Source: Spirochaetia bacterium (GTDB taxonomy: Bacteria > Spirochaetota > Spirochaetia > SZUA-6 > Bin103). From it: a DNA stretch of 64,000 nucleotides. Where the stretch lies: the NCBI GenBank assembly GCA_965198005.1, contig CBDAOI010000004.1, positions 1,792,001 through 1,856,000 on the forward strand, in the 5' to 3' direction. The notes under the pieces are model-generated. The model was not told the origin of the DNA and did no database searches. It saw nothing but the letters and a program-made list of their open reading frames with translations. Within the stretch, counting starts at the first letter, position 1; each line of letters starts with the position of its first letter. The position numbers and the translations under genes are program-made. Shown piece by piece: positions 9,948 to 19,252 of this stretch.

Positions 9948-10321
9948 CCGCTGTTTCATCCGGTGTTGCGGGAGTTGCTGCCGGAGCTGCTGGGCGAGGA
10001 CTACAACCTGTCAAGCCTCACGGCGAACATCGCGGCGCCGGGCGGGGAGCCGATGCCGATGCCGCTGCCCTCGGACCAGGGGGTACACGCCGCGGTCGTT
10101 GCCGATTCGGGTGGTGGTCAATACGGCCTGGATGCTGGAGGACCAGTCGGAGGAGAACGGGGCGACGCGGCTGGTGCCGGGGAGCCACCTGTGGCCGGAG
10201 CTGCCCGAGCACAAGCCGGAGGTGGAGAGCATCGCCGCCACCGGGGCGGCCGGGACGATGCTGATGTTTGACCGGCGCCTGTGGCACGGCACCGGGGCGA
10301 ACCGTACGACCCGCAAGCGGC
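9948..10321 (+). pseudogene. PhyH-family fragment 3 (catalytic core, frameshifted)
   Basis: LFHPVLRELL..LSSLTANI..SDQG / NTAWMLED..ENGATRLVPGSH..LWHGTGANRT. Confidence 0.85.
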
Positions 10322-10380
10322 AGACAATATCGGTGACGAATGCCGAGGAAGCCAGAACCTTGACACCGGGCGGCTCCCCC

Positions 10381-10794
10381 TTACGCAGCGACGGAGGTGA
10401 CTGCGAGGCGCAGCCCGATGGCGGCTAAAGCGGATTCCATCTGATCCAGCCGAGAATGGTGATTGACGTTCAACACCCGATCTACTTGCGGCAGATGCCA
10501 ACCCAGACGCCGTGCCAACTCGGCCTTCCCGATGTTCTGATCCCGCATGCCTTGGTACAGGATCACTTTGATAGCGGTAAGGGTCGGCACTGAGACACGA
10601 ACCTCACTCGGAGTGGGCATCGGAATGTCTCTCCGATCGTGGATGCGTGCGGCGACCGCTTCTTCCAACGCATCGACCGCACGCACCAACGCTTCATCAC
10701 GATCTTCCCCAAAGGTCTTCAGTTCCGGAAAATCGGGAGACGTAACAAGTATAGTCCCTTCATCGTTTTCGAGGTTAACTGCATAACAAAGCAT
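10381..10794 (-). CDS. hicB: HicB-family antitoxin
   Basis: LVTSPDFPELKTFGED..EAL..A.DAL plus C-terminal HTH (KAELARRLGWHLPQVDRVL). Confidence 0.9.
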   Translation of the reverse strand: MLCYAVNLENDEGTILVTSPDFPELKTFGEDRDEALVRAVDALEEAVAARIHDRRDIPMPTPSEVRVSVPTLTAIKVILYQGMRDQNIGKAELARRLGWHLPQVDRVLNVNHHSRLDQMESALAAIGLRLAVTSVAA

Positions 10795-10796
10795 GA

Positions 10797-10887
10797 TTAT
10801 ATTTCATCCAGTTTTTCAGTATTTCGTTTGCGTATAAAAGGTGCATCCTTGTCTCTTAAGCCAACGCTTAAGTTCTGATGCTTTCAT
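10797..10887 (-). pseudogene. hicA: HicA toxin remnant with internal deletion
   Basis: MKASELKRWLKRQGCTF jumps to a C-terminal-like ANEILK; the GSH motif is missing; directly upstream of hicB. Confidence 0.7.
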
Positions 10888-11009
10888 AGAAGTAGGCTCC
10901 TCACTCGTGCGGTCTACCTCTCTGCTGTGTCCATAGCTCGTGTCCTCCTGCAGGGATCGTTCCTCAGAATATATATCTGATCCCGCATGCGGTCAACACA
11001 AATGTTGCG

Positions 11010-11075
11010 TCCTGCTCACCCTGTCGCTGCTCGACGAGCTGTACGAGGGGGCTTCGCCGGAGCTGCTCGGCTCGC
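11010..11075 (+). pseudogene. PhyH-family C-terminal fragment
   Basis: TLSLLDELYEGASPELL is the plausible continuation of ..ENFTL seen at ~11420. Confidence 0.5.
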
Positions 11076-11079
11076 CGGA

Positions 11080-11190
11080 ATGGCGGAACGGGAAACAGCG
11101 AGTGGGCAGGAATGGGCCGGACGGGCCGCGGCGCCTCAATTTGTGGTGATCCTGGCAGACGATCTCGGGTACTCGGACATCGGCGCTCAT
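11080..11190 (+). pseudogene. Sulfatase N-terminal fragment
   Basis: PQFVVILADDLGYSDIG, the canonical sulfatase N-terminal motif. Confidence 0.7.
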
Positions 11191-11261
11191 GTCGCCCATC
11201 ATCACCATGCCGACACTTGCACTGAGGCACGCCCGATATCTACAGAGACACAGAGACAGAC

Positions 11262-11425
11262 CGTGGAGAGCATCGCCGCCACCGGCCCGGCCGGGGACGA
11301 TGCTGATGTTCGACGGGCGCCTGTGGCACGGCACCGGGGCGAACCGCACCACCCGCAAGCGGCATCTGCTGCTCGGCTACTTCTGCCGTCCCTGGATCCG
11401 GCCGCACGAGAATTTCACCCTGTTC
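11262..11425 (+). pseudogene. Second PhyH-family copy fragment (repeats ~10222-10321)
   Basis: VESIAATGPAG/TMLMFDGRLWHGTGANRTTRKRHLLLGYFCRPWIRPHENF. Confidence 0.8.
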
Positions 11426-11656
11426 GCGCCAGGCCAAGCCTGGGAGGGGAGGAAGATGTGAAACAGGCATTAGAAAAACCCTTCGTAGCCACCCTGTGGG
11501 TAACCAATCCCATACGGGGTTCGGGCGGCTGCGTGTTCCAGCGGCAAACATCGCGGCCTGCTGCGCGGGAAGTAGCGGAGACAGAGCCGCTTGCGTCTTT
11601 GCCGGGCGGCCGCCGGCGGCGTTGCCGGGGCGGATGCGGGTGGGCTATAGTCGGCG

Positions 11657-11956
11657 GTGATGGGCGCGAACGGCCGGGTGGGCGGGAATCTTCAGGCGTG
11701 GTGGGACGATATCTGCACGCAGTGCGGGGCGTGTTGCTACCAGCGCGACCGGGTGGCCGGCGAGTTGGCCGTGAACAAGCAGGCGCCGTGCCGGTTTCTG
11801 GATACCGACTCCAATCTGTGCACGGTGTACGCCTCGCGCTTCGAGAAGTGCGCCGAGTGCCGGCAGGTGACGCCGTTCCACGCGCTGTTCTCCCGCTATC
11901 TGCCGGACGACTGCGGCTACGTCGAGAAGTTCCGCTTCTGGCGCAAGGCGAACTGA
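11657..11956 (+). CDS. YcgN/YkgJ-like cysteine-cluster (CxxCxxCC) protein, copy 1
   Basis: WDDICTQCGACCY..CRFLD..CTVY..R..LPDDCGY. Confidence 0.85.
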   Translation: MMGANGRVGGNLQAWWDDICTQCGACCYQRDRVAGELAVNKQAPCRFLDTDSNLCTVYASRFEKCAECRQVTPFHALFSRYLPDDCGYVEKFRFWRKAN

Positions 11957-12324
11957 ACGAACTGAGCGGCGGCGCGGCGCGCCCGGTAGCGATCACCACC
12001 TACGTGGCGCGGACCCTGACCGACGGCGCCGCGGCGGTGCTGGAGTCGCGTTCGGCGGAGCTGTCGGCGGACGCCATCTTTCTCCTGACCGAGGACCTGA
12101 GCGCGCTCGACCTGGGCGAGGAGGTGGAGGTGCGCCTGGGGGTGCCGGGCGAGCGGCTGCACGCGGCGCAGGCGCGGGTGACGCGGTCGGCCCGCCGCTT
12201 CGCCGGGGGCAGGGGCGCGGGTGCGGCCGGGCCGGGGGGAAGCGGCTTCGAGCTGACCTTCAAGCAGTGCGAGCCCGGCTTCCAGAGCGCCGTCGCAGCC
12301 ATCCTGAACGGGATCACGGACTGA
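11953..12324 (+). CDS. PilZ-like domain protein (start uncertain)
   Basis: ELSADAIFLLT..LGEEVEVRL..ARVTR..GFELTF beta-barrel pattern. Confidence 0.55.
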   Translation: MNELSGGAARPVAITTYVARTLTDGAAAVLESRSAELSADAIFLLTEDLSALDLGEEVEVRLGVPGERLHAAQARVTRSARRFAGGRGAGAAGPGGSGFELTFKQCEPGFQSAVAAILNGITD

Positions 12325-12600
12325 CGGCCGGCAGGTCTCGGAAGTAGGTTCGGTAGAACCCGCGATCGCGGGTCGCGAGTCGGCTCGCCTGCACCTGGGC
12401 ATGGGCACCGATCACGAAGTCGGCGATGATCCGCTGGCCTCGCTCAAACCGGCCGACTGTTCAACGGGATTCGGCTGCCGGCGTCTGTTTCTTACGCAGG
12501 ATCAAACTCTCCCCTCGATTCGAGGAACACGACTTCGTCATGAGGCTCCAGAGCGAACCTCACCCTCAACTGCTTGGGAATCGTCACCTGGCCTGAATAC
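12314..12600 (-). pseudogene. Deleted copy of the AbrB-PIN toxin-antitoxin pair
   Basis: Collinear with 18851-19490 but with three internal deletions. Confidence 0.9.
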
Positions 12601-12832
12601 GTAGATAGGATATGTCAATCGCAGGGAGGTTGACGAGGTGATGACCGGGAGCGGCGGGGCTGTTTCTACCTCCGGGACGAAAGCAATGTGCACCAATGCA
12701 AGACACGAGCAAATGCTTGTTGCACCATTCGTCCCCTTGTCTCCTTGTCGGGCGTTACCGCCCAAGAAAAGCGGCACCCAGCTACCTCCGCCTGCTGGCC
12801 GCTACAGTTGTCGCTCGCGCGTAGCGCAAGTC

Positions 12833-13020
12833 CCTAGTGTCCTGTCTCATAAATTCGGCGCTCTTGGTCCAGATGAACGGCTCTGGCTTCTCGTTGTGGA
12901 CCCTCAAGTACTCCTCTATCGCCTGTTCCAGCTCCTCGGTGCTGCGGTGGGTACCGCGCCGAATCTGCTGTTCGGTAATCGCGGCGAACCACCGTTCGAC
13001 TTGGTTGATCCAGGATGCAC
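12833..13020 (-). pseudogene. IS630-family transposase C-terminal fragment with terminal repeat
   Basis: ITEQQIRRGTHRSTEELEQAIEEYLRVHNEKPEPFIWTKSA; end ctagtgtcctgtctcataaatt. Confidence 0.85.
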
Positions 13021-13447
13021 TCGATTACGGCGTCTGCGTCGAACCGGCACGGAACCATGGGCCTGCGCCCATCTCTACTGCCGGCAGCGCGGAGCCGGTC
13101 CGGCGTGTACGGGCTGTACGGGCGTACGAATGGTGGACGTTACGACGGAATCACGTTATGCTAGCGGAGGGTTGCGCCGAGCCTAGGACTCCACCCGCCA
13201 CCAAGAGCGTGGTGGATCATCGTACGACGTAGTGCGGATCCGATACTCAGTTGCGGGCATGACCCGGAGGGTAAGAGATGGAGCATGACAACCGGAATCC
13301 CAAGGGTGACCAGCGTCAACCCGGCGACAACTCTGGAGCCAGCACCGGCACCAAGGTGAAGATGTACCCGTACAACGTAAACGGTGTCCGCCTTTCGACC
13401 GGCACCAAAATGGAGGCCAACCATGCCGAAACATGGAAGAATGAGCT

Positions 13448-13557
13448 AAATCTGGTCTCAACCGTTAAACTTGGGCTAGATCACCACGACTTCACTGGAA
13501 GGGAAACTTCAAATCTGGTCTCAAGTTAAACTTGGGCTAGATCACCACGACTTCACT
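13448..13557. repeat. Two ~48-bp direct repeats separated by 14 bp
   Basis: aaatctggtctcaa(cc)gttaaacttgggctagatcaccacgacttcact at 13448-13496 and 13511-13557. Confidence 0.9.
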
Positions 13558-14650
13558 CCGGGCGAAGTCTCGTCTCCGCGAGGTTGTGCAGCCTGTTCAG
13601 GAAGTCCCTCTGCCGCACGCCATCGTCACCGCGGTCCTTGGATTGCTGCTCCGCTTCCCCGTACACACGGACCGTGTCATCATCGGAAATGAGTTCGGTT
13701 GTCGCCTCCGTTCCGAGCTCTCCAGCGGACTCTATTCTCGCACGCTCCAGGTAGAACCTTGCAAGCTTCTGCGCCTGCTCGGGGCTACCAAGTGGCGACA
13801 GTAGAATCTGATTGTCGAGTCTGCGTCGAAACGCCGGAAGCGCGCTCCCGTACCGTCGCATCGCGTCGGGTGTCATGGCAATTACCATAAACAGGAATTT
13901 CGGAAGGGCGTCTATGATGGCGCGGAGCGCGGAGAGATACCGGACTACCGCTCTCGGGGACAGAATGCCCGCCTGTTTCTCCAACTCATCGAGTAAGAGG
14001 AAAATGCCCTTCAATACGCCAAGTTCCGTGCTCAGAAGAACGTAATCCCTCAGCACGGTGGTCCGCGATTCCACGGTATCTAGTCGGAAACTGATGCCCA
14101 GACCGTTCCTGTGCGCGTTGAGAATACGGAATCCGAAGAACCAGTTGAGACACAGCTGAAAGAGATCGTCATCGTCTTGCTTCTTGGAGAGCGATAGCAG
14201 AGCCTGCCTCAGGTCGTAGGATCTCAGCATCGAAAGATCCGGATCCGCACTCGCAATCACCTTCACGACCTTTTTGAGATGATCGATGCCGAGTTCTTGA
14301 AAAACCGTTCGGATCACGCCATCGAACGACTGTTCGGGATCCGCCATGTACCGCACGATGTAGAAACCATCGAGCTCGGACTTCGCTTCCACTACTTCGC
14401 GTTCCAGGTAGTTCAACAGATTGGTCTTGCCGACTCCTTGCGTCCCGATGACCACCAGGACCTCGGATTTTTGCTCGCGGAGGAACGCGAGAATCCGGTC
14501 CTCGGCTGGCGTGTCTTCAGGAACAGGAGAATGCGGATTGCCGTAGGTCTGATTCGCTGACGGGTATGGGTTGGCAAGTACACCGAATTGCTCCAGGAGC
14601 TTACTCCGTCGATCCGAGTGCTGGTTCTGCATTCTGTCACGTAGGCTCAT
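13553..14650 (-). CDS. P-loop ATPase (BrxD/DUF2791-like architecture)
   Basis: N-terminal NPY; Walker A GTQGVGKT; Walker B FLLLDELE; ALPAFRRRL (arginine-finger-like). Confidence 0.8.
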   Translation of the reverse strand: MSLRDRMQNQHSDRRSKLLEQFGVLANPYPSANQTYGNPHSPVPEDTPAEDRILAFLREQKSEVLVVIGTQGVGKTNLLNYLEREVVEAKSELDGFYIVRYMADPEQSFDGVIRTVFQELGIDHLKKVVKVIASADPDLSMLRSYDLRQALLSLSKKQDDDDLFQLCLNWFFGFRILNAHRNGLGISFRLDTVESRTTVLRDYVLLSTELGVLKGIFLLLDELEKQAGILSPRAVVRYLSALRAIIDALPKFLFMVIAMTPDAMRRYGSALPAFRRRLDNQILLSPLGSPEQAQKLARFYLERARIESAGELGTEATTELISDDDTVRVYGEAEQQSKDRGDDGVRQRDFLNRLHNLAETRLRPE

Positions 14651-16680
14651 GACTCCACCTTTGTGATCTTCAGACTCGAGCTGGACTTTCCGGGGATAAG
14701 ATAGTCTCCGCGATATAGATACGCCGTCTTTACGAACGGTGGCCCGTCTTCCGGATCCAGCACCGTCAATCGGTGCCGGTCATAGCCGGACTCCGTCGTG
14801 GAGCCTTCAGTAAACCTGTTTAGCAATCCGCGCTCGCTGGCGGTCTGAAGCCGGAGGCGTGCGATATTGGGGTGGATTCCTTCGCGGATGATCAGTTCCT
14901 CCAACCAGCTCCCAGTTGCGACCCAACCGCCACCCGGTTCTATGCTGTCATATGCGGAAACTGCGATCGTCGCGAATGAACGGTCGTCGGGCTCGCGAGG
15001 CGTGGTGAAAAAGCCGGCGCCATACACAAACGCTCCAAGGCCCGTAAGCTCCGCCAGTGCGACGCACGTCGACTTGGATCGTCCAAACGCGTGTGGGTCC
15101 ACGGGATCGCCGACGGGCTGCTCCGCTAGCATCCCTTCCAACACGGCATATGACGGGAATGGGAGCAGGGCCTGACGCAGGTCCCTGCTGTCCCCGCTCC
15201 GAAGAGCAATGGCGAGCGGAGTCAGGGGCGGGGCTGCGGACCAACTCTCTTCGTCTGTAGTAATTGCGTGGCCGGACTGGAGATACCGACGGTATTCACC
15301 TATTCCGCCCAAGACGCGCAGACCAAGCGTGGCAGCGACCACGCCGATCGGCAGTCGCTGATCCGTCTCCAACGCATCCACCAACCTGAATAGTCGGTCA
15401 ATACTGACCCGGTACAAATGAGGCCTCGGCGGCGGTGAGGCGCCGACATCCGGTTGCTTCCGAAGAGATGGGCGAGATTGCGCCGAATCCATGGTAACAT
15501 CGTAGTCATCGCGCGTCGACGACACCGAAGCGGGAGAATCGGAGGTACGGGCAGCGTCCGGAGTCGTTCGCTTGGCACTGATCCAGAGCAAATCGTCATA
15601 GGAATGATACGGGGTCCACGCAAGGTCTTCGCCGATCGCATCGACGACGAGGGCATCGGCGTGGTCAGCGGTGGCCAGCCGTGCCGTGCCGAAGATGGTG
15701 GCAAGCTCCCATAGCACTGCGGGAATGCTTACCGTGTACATCTCCCCGGTGAACGGGTGCAGGTTCGTGCCGGCGAGCCGTCGGCCCAGGAACGCGCTAG
15801 CCTTGGCAGCCCGGAAGAACAGAGGACGCATACCCTCGGCAAGGGCCATGCGCGCGAGACCCTGGTCGCTGGTAAGCAAAGTCACCTGGTGACCGGCGGT
15901 CACCTGTGACTGGTATCTACGGGCCGTCTCCAGAATGAGCCGATCTGCGTAGGATCGTATGCTTCCGCTCATGTTCAGACCCTGTACCGAGTCTTCGACC
16001 AGAGAGGTGCGGTCGATCTCCACGTCAGAGTGCAGCTCGAGCTGCAGGAGAGCTCGCTGGCCAGCTTGGCTCTTCAAATGACTGATCAGCATGTCAGATC
16101 GCTTCGGCTTCGACGCCCGTCTGATGCGGAGAAACTCATCAGCCATGTTCACGATTTCCATCTGTACGACCGCGGGAACCCTCACTCTCGCCACCGGATG
16201 GAGGTACCTGGACACGAAACCCAGGCCACCCTGGATCACGCCGGACGTATCGCTGACGACGGTAGTGGGCCGCCGAAAGGGCATAGCCGCCAACGCCTGA
16301 GGATCGAATAGCGGATGGCCCAGTCCCAGACGCACCGGGATCGCACCGAGCATGTCCGCTATCCGTCGTACCTTGTCCTGCTCTGCACGTTTTTTTGCGC
16401 AAGCCACAATGCTCGTTACGCCCAGGTATTCCTCGAGCCGCTCCGCGGTCTTCTTTTGTTCAGGCGTAAGCCACTCGAATGCGCCCCGCGCGACAGCCGA
16501 AGCGCGGTACTCGCGCGTGTCCTCGTGCGCGAACAGTCGGATCTTCCCTAGCGACAAGAATTCGGGCTTCTCGAACGCGCGCTCCTCCCGTACGGATATG
16601 GTACAGACGTTGTCGTTCTCGAACATGTCGGCGATTACGTCGGTGGCGTCCGTAGGTGACGACAATCTCTGTTCACTCAT
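14647..16680 (-). CDS. Large protein with PIN-like nuclease domain and uncharacterised C-terminal region
   Basis: VVSDTSG...VPAVVQMEI...ADRLILE...LLTSDQGLA acidic PIN pattern; ATGA overlap with the ATPase. Confidence 0.7.
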   Translation of the reverse strand: MSEQRLSSPTDATDVIADMFENDNVCTISVREERAFEKPEFLSLGKIRLFAHEDTREYRASAVARGAFEWLTPEQKKTAERLEEYLGVTSIVACAKKRAEQDKVRRIADMLGAIPVRLGLGHPLFDPQALAAMPFRRPTTVVSDTSGVIQGGLGFVSRYLHPVARVRVPAVVQMEIVNMADEFLRIRRASKPKRSDMLISHLKSQAGQRALLQLELHSDVEIDRTSLVEDSVQGLNMSGSIRSYADRLILETARRYQSQVTAGHQVTLLTSDQGLARMALAEGMRPLFFRAAKASAFLGRRLAGTNLHPFTGEMYTVSIPAVLWELATIFGTARLATADHADALVVDAIGEDLAWTPYHSYDDLLWISAKRTTPDAARTSDSPASVSSTRDDYDVTMDSAQSRPSLRKQPDVGASPPPRPHLYRVSIDRLFRLVDALETDQRLPIGVVAATLGLRVLGGIGEYRRYLQSGHAITTDEESWSAAPPLTPLAIALRSGDSRDLRQALLPFPSYAVLEGMLAEQPVGDPVDPHAFGRSKSTCVALAELTGLGAFVYGAGFFTTPREPDDRSFATIAVSAYDSIEPGGGWVATGSWLEELIIREGIHPNIARLRLQTASERGLLNRFTEGSTTESGYDRHRLTVLDPEDGPPFVKTAYLYRGDYLIPGKSSSSLKITKVES

Positions 16681-17589
16681 CGGACACTGACCGAAATGTT
16701 GGGTTGTTCTTCGAATACATCAATCAACCAGGATAGATGATTCACCAGCACACCTGCAGACTCCCGCCGCCCCGGCCGTTCGCGCCCATCACCGCCGACT
16801 ATAGCGCAGGCTCCTCCGCACCGGCAACGGAGCCACGGCAGACGCGATGCAAAGTGCCTACGGACCGGGCCACGACGTAACGTCGAGCGCGGTTGACCGC
16901 AGGCAGGATCAGATGTAATGGGTGTAAGTAGGTGTCACGCGCCGGGAGGTAGCGGCTCCCAGCACCGGTACTGCGGCTGTCCCGGAGGTAGCGGTCGGCG
17001 TGATGGCAGGCGGGGGAAATGGGTGCGAGGTTTGCCCCCGTTTGGGCCGTTTGCGGCAGGGGGGTAGCAAAGCCCTCCCAGTCGATAGCACAATGGCTAT
17101 GACTGGGAGAAATGCTTGTTGCACCATTCCGCGGCGCCGCGAGCGGCCGCCCGTAGATCGGCATGGGGCTGACCGACAGCGGCCGCGAGTTCTGCATCGG
17201 CTACCCCCTCCGTCTCGCCGGCGCCCGGGCGCGGCCTCAGCCTCACCCTTGAGCGACCCGCCGCGAACACGCCGCCGGCACCGCCCGTGCGACACTCCAC
17301 CCTCCACAGGCAACCCATCGCTGGTGACATCCCCGGCCGCTTCGGTAACGGCCGGCGCGAGTGCGTCGACCTTCAGAGGCACCACGGCGTGGCATCCCGT
17401 CCGCGGAGCCGGCTCGTCGGTTGGGGCAGCCGCTGAAGCCCGCTACAACTGCCCCAACGATTACATCGAGTCCTCTTCATCATGCTTTCGCTGATGGTAG
17501 CGCACGCCCTCTGTCAGACTCGGGTTGACCATTGCCATGTAAAGGTGTAGCTTAACATCAGAGAGTGCCAAACTGAATGACAAGGCGTA

Positions 17590-17790
17590 TTCGTCGCAGC
17601 ACGGACCGCCGCGAAACAGAGCGAAGTGTCTCAAGATCGCTGGCGAGCGGTTCTGGGAGTTCAAGGCTCACCAGCAACGCGTTATCCGGTGCTACGACCC
17701 AAAGAGTTTACGAAGAAGACTAGAGGCAGTCGCCGAGACGTGAGATCGAAGCCGGACGGCGGGCATACCGCGAAGTTCAACAAGAACTCG
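17590..17790 (+). pseudogene. RelE/ParE (Gp49-like) toxin remnant
   Basis: HGPPRNRAKCLKIAGERFWEFKAHQQRV, then FTKKT in another frame; upstream of an XRE HTH gene. Confidence 0.55.
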
Positions 17791-17793
17791 ATA

Positions 17794-18126
17794 TTGCAAA
17801 ATAAGAGGAAGAACGAGGTGATCGAGAATTGGGGACAACAGTACGAGGGAGATCCTGAGTACGAGTTCGACCTCCTGGCAATCGACATCGGGGAACGCAT
17901 CGTTGAGCGGATGGAACAACTCCGGATCACGCGGACCGCTTTGGCGGCAGCGCTTGGTGTGAGCAAGGCGCGTATCAGCCAGATCCTCAGCGGCCACGAT
18001 AACCTGACCATGAAGAGTCTCGTCGCGGTTGCGGCCGGGTTGGGGAGCCGGATTGAGCTACGGTTGAAGAGCAAGGAGAGCAATACGAAGACGACGAGGG
18101 CAACAAGGGCACGCCGCAGATGCTGA
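17794..18126 (+). CDS. XRE-family HTH protein (HigA-like antitoxin); start approximate
   Basis: ITRTALAAALGVSKARISQILSGHDNLTMKSLVAVA. Confidence 0.85.
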   Translation: MQNKRKNEVIENWGQQYEGDPEYEFDLLAIDIGERIVERMEQLRITRTALAAALGVSKARISQILSGHDNLTMKSLVAVAAGLGSRIELRLKSKESNTKTTRATRARRRC

Positions 18127-18353
18127 TCTACAACGGTTCCGCGATGCTGTATGGTGCTGCCAGAGGCATCATTGAGACGGTGACGAGCCTTACGGGGTTC
18201 GGGCGGCTGCGTGTTCCAGCGGCAAACATCGCGACCCTCCTTCGCAGGAAGTAGCGCAGACAGACCCCTTTGCGTCTTGTGTCGTGTGCGCTGTGTGCGC
18301 GGTGTGCGCCAAGTGGTGTTGCCGGCGCGGATGCGGGTGGGCTATAGTCGGCG

Positions 18354-18653
18354 GTGATGGGCGCGAACGGCCGGGTGGGCGGGAATCTTCAGGCGTGGTG
18401 GGACGATATCTGCACGCAGTGCGGGGCGTGTTGCTACCAGCGCGACCGGGTGGCCGGCGAGTTGGCCGTGAACAAGCAGGCGCCGTGCCGGTTTCTGGAT
18501 ACCGACTCCAATCTGTGCACGGTGTACGCCTCGCGCTTCGAGAAGTGCGCCGAGTGCCGGCAGGTGACGCCGTTCCACGCGCTGTTCTCCCGCTATCTGC
18601 CGGACGACTGCGGCTACGTCGAGAAGTTCCGCTTCTGGCGCAAGGCGAACTGA
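18354..18653 (+). CDS. YcgN/YkgJ-like cysteine-cluster protein, copy 2
   Basis: Protein identical to 11657-11956. Confidence 0.85.
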   Translation: MMGANGRVGGNLQAWWDDICTQCGACCYQRDRVAGELAVNKQAPCRFLDTDSNLCTVYASRFEKCAECRQVTPFHALFSRYLPDDCGYVEKFRFWRKAN

Positions 18654-18861
18654 ACGAACTGAGCGAACTGAGCGGCGGCGCGGCGCGCCCGGTGGCGATC
18701 ACCACGTACGTGGCGCGGATGCTGACCGACGGCACGGCGGCGGTGCTGGAGTCGCGGGCGCCGCGTGGCCGGCGGGAAGCGGCTTCGAACTGACCTTCGA
18801 GCAGTGCGAGCCCGGCTTCCGGAGCGCCGTCGCAGCCATCCTGAACGGGATCACGGACTGA
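18650..18861 (+). pseudogene. PilZ-like gene copy 2 with internal deletion
   Basis: Lacks ~12051-12218 of copy 1. Confidence 0.8.
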
Positions 18862-19252
18862 CGGCCGGCAGGTCTCGGAAGTAGGTTCGGTAGAACCCGC
18901 GATCGCGGGTCGCGAGTCGGCTCGCCTGCACCTGGGCATGGGCACCGATCACGAAGTCGGCGATGATCCGCTCACGTTCCCCACCAGCCGATCGGTACGC
19001 GCGCCACAAGCGTCCCGCGAGAAACAGTGCAGCGGTGTTGGAGGACTCACAGCGAATCTGTGAATCGCGCAGAAAAGAATCCAACTCGTCGGTCGTCGTA
19101 AAGTTCGCGGCCAGCTCTGCGTAGACCAAGTCGCAGATGACCAATCGCCCCTCCATCGAGCTGGCCTCGATCAAACCGGCCGACTGTTCAACGAATTCAG
19201 GATTGGGGCGAAGAATATCGAGCAGGATACTGGTATCGACTGCGGTCGTCAT
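18851..19252 (-). CDS. vapC: VapC/PIN toxin
   Basis: MTTAVDTSILLD..VYAEL..IADFVIGAHA..LATRDRGFYRTYF. Confidence 0.9.
   Translation of the reverse strand: MTTAVDTSILLDILRPNPEFVEQSAGLIEASSMEGRLVICDLVYAELAANFTTTDELDSFLRDSQIRCESSNTAALFLAGRLWRAYRSAGGERERIIADFVIGAHAQVQASRLATRDRGFYRTYFRDLPAVSP

Larger units (their letters stand above)
11513..12660 (+). repeat. Duplicated block copy 1 (homologous to ~18191-19550)
   Basis: Near-identical sequence from tacggggttcgggcggctgc to gaggtgatgaccggga, with deletions. Confidence 0.95.

Noticed and set aside
10987-12324. 445-aa ORF as a single gene
   Set aside because: Chance read-through across sulfatase, PhyH, YcgN (other frame) and PilZ pieces.
13448-13557. 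Mini CRISPR array
   Set aside because: Only two units, a 14-bp gap, and overlap with a stop codon.
17140-17470. Overlapping GC-rich ORFs
   Set aside because: No recognisable motif or RBS in any frame.
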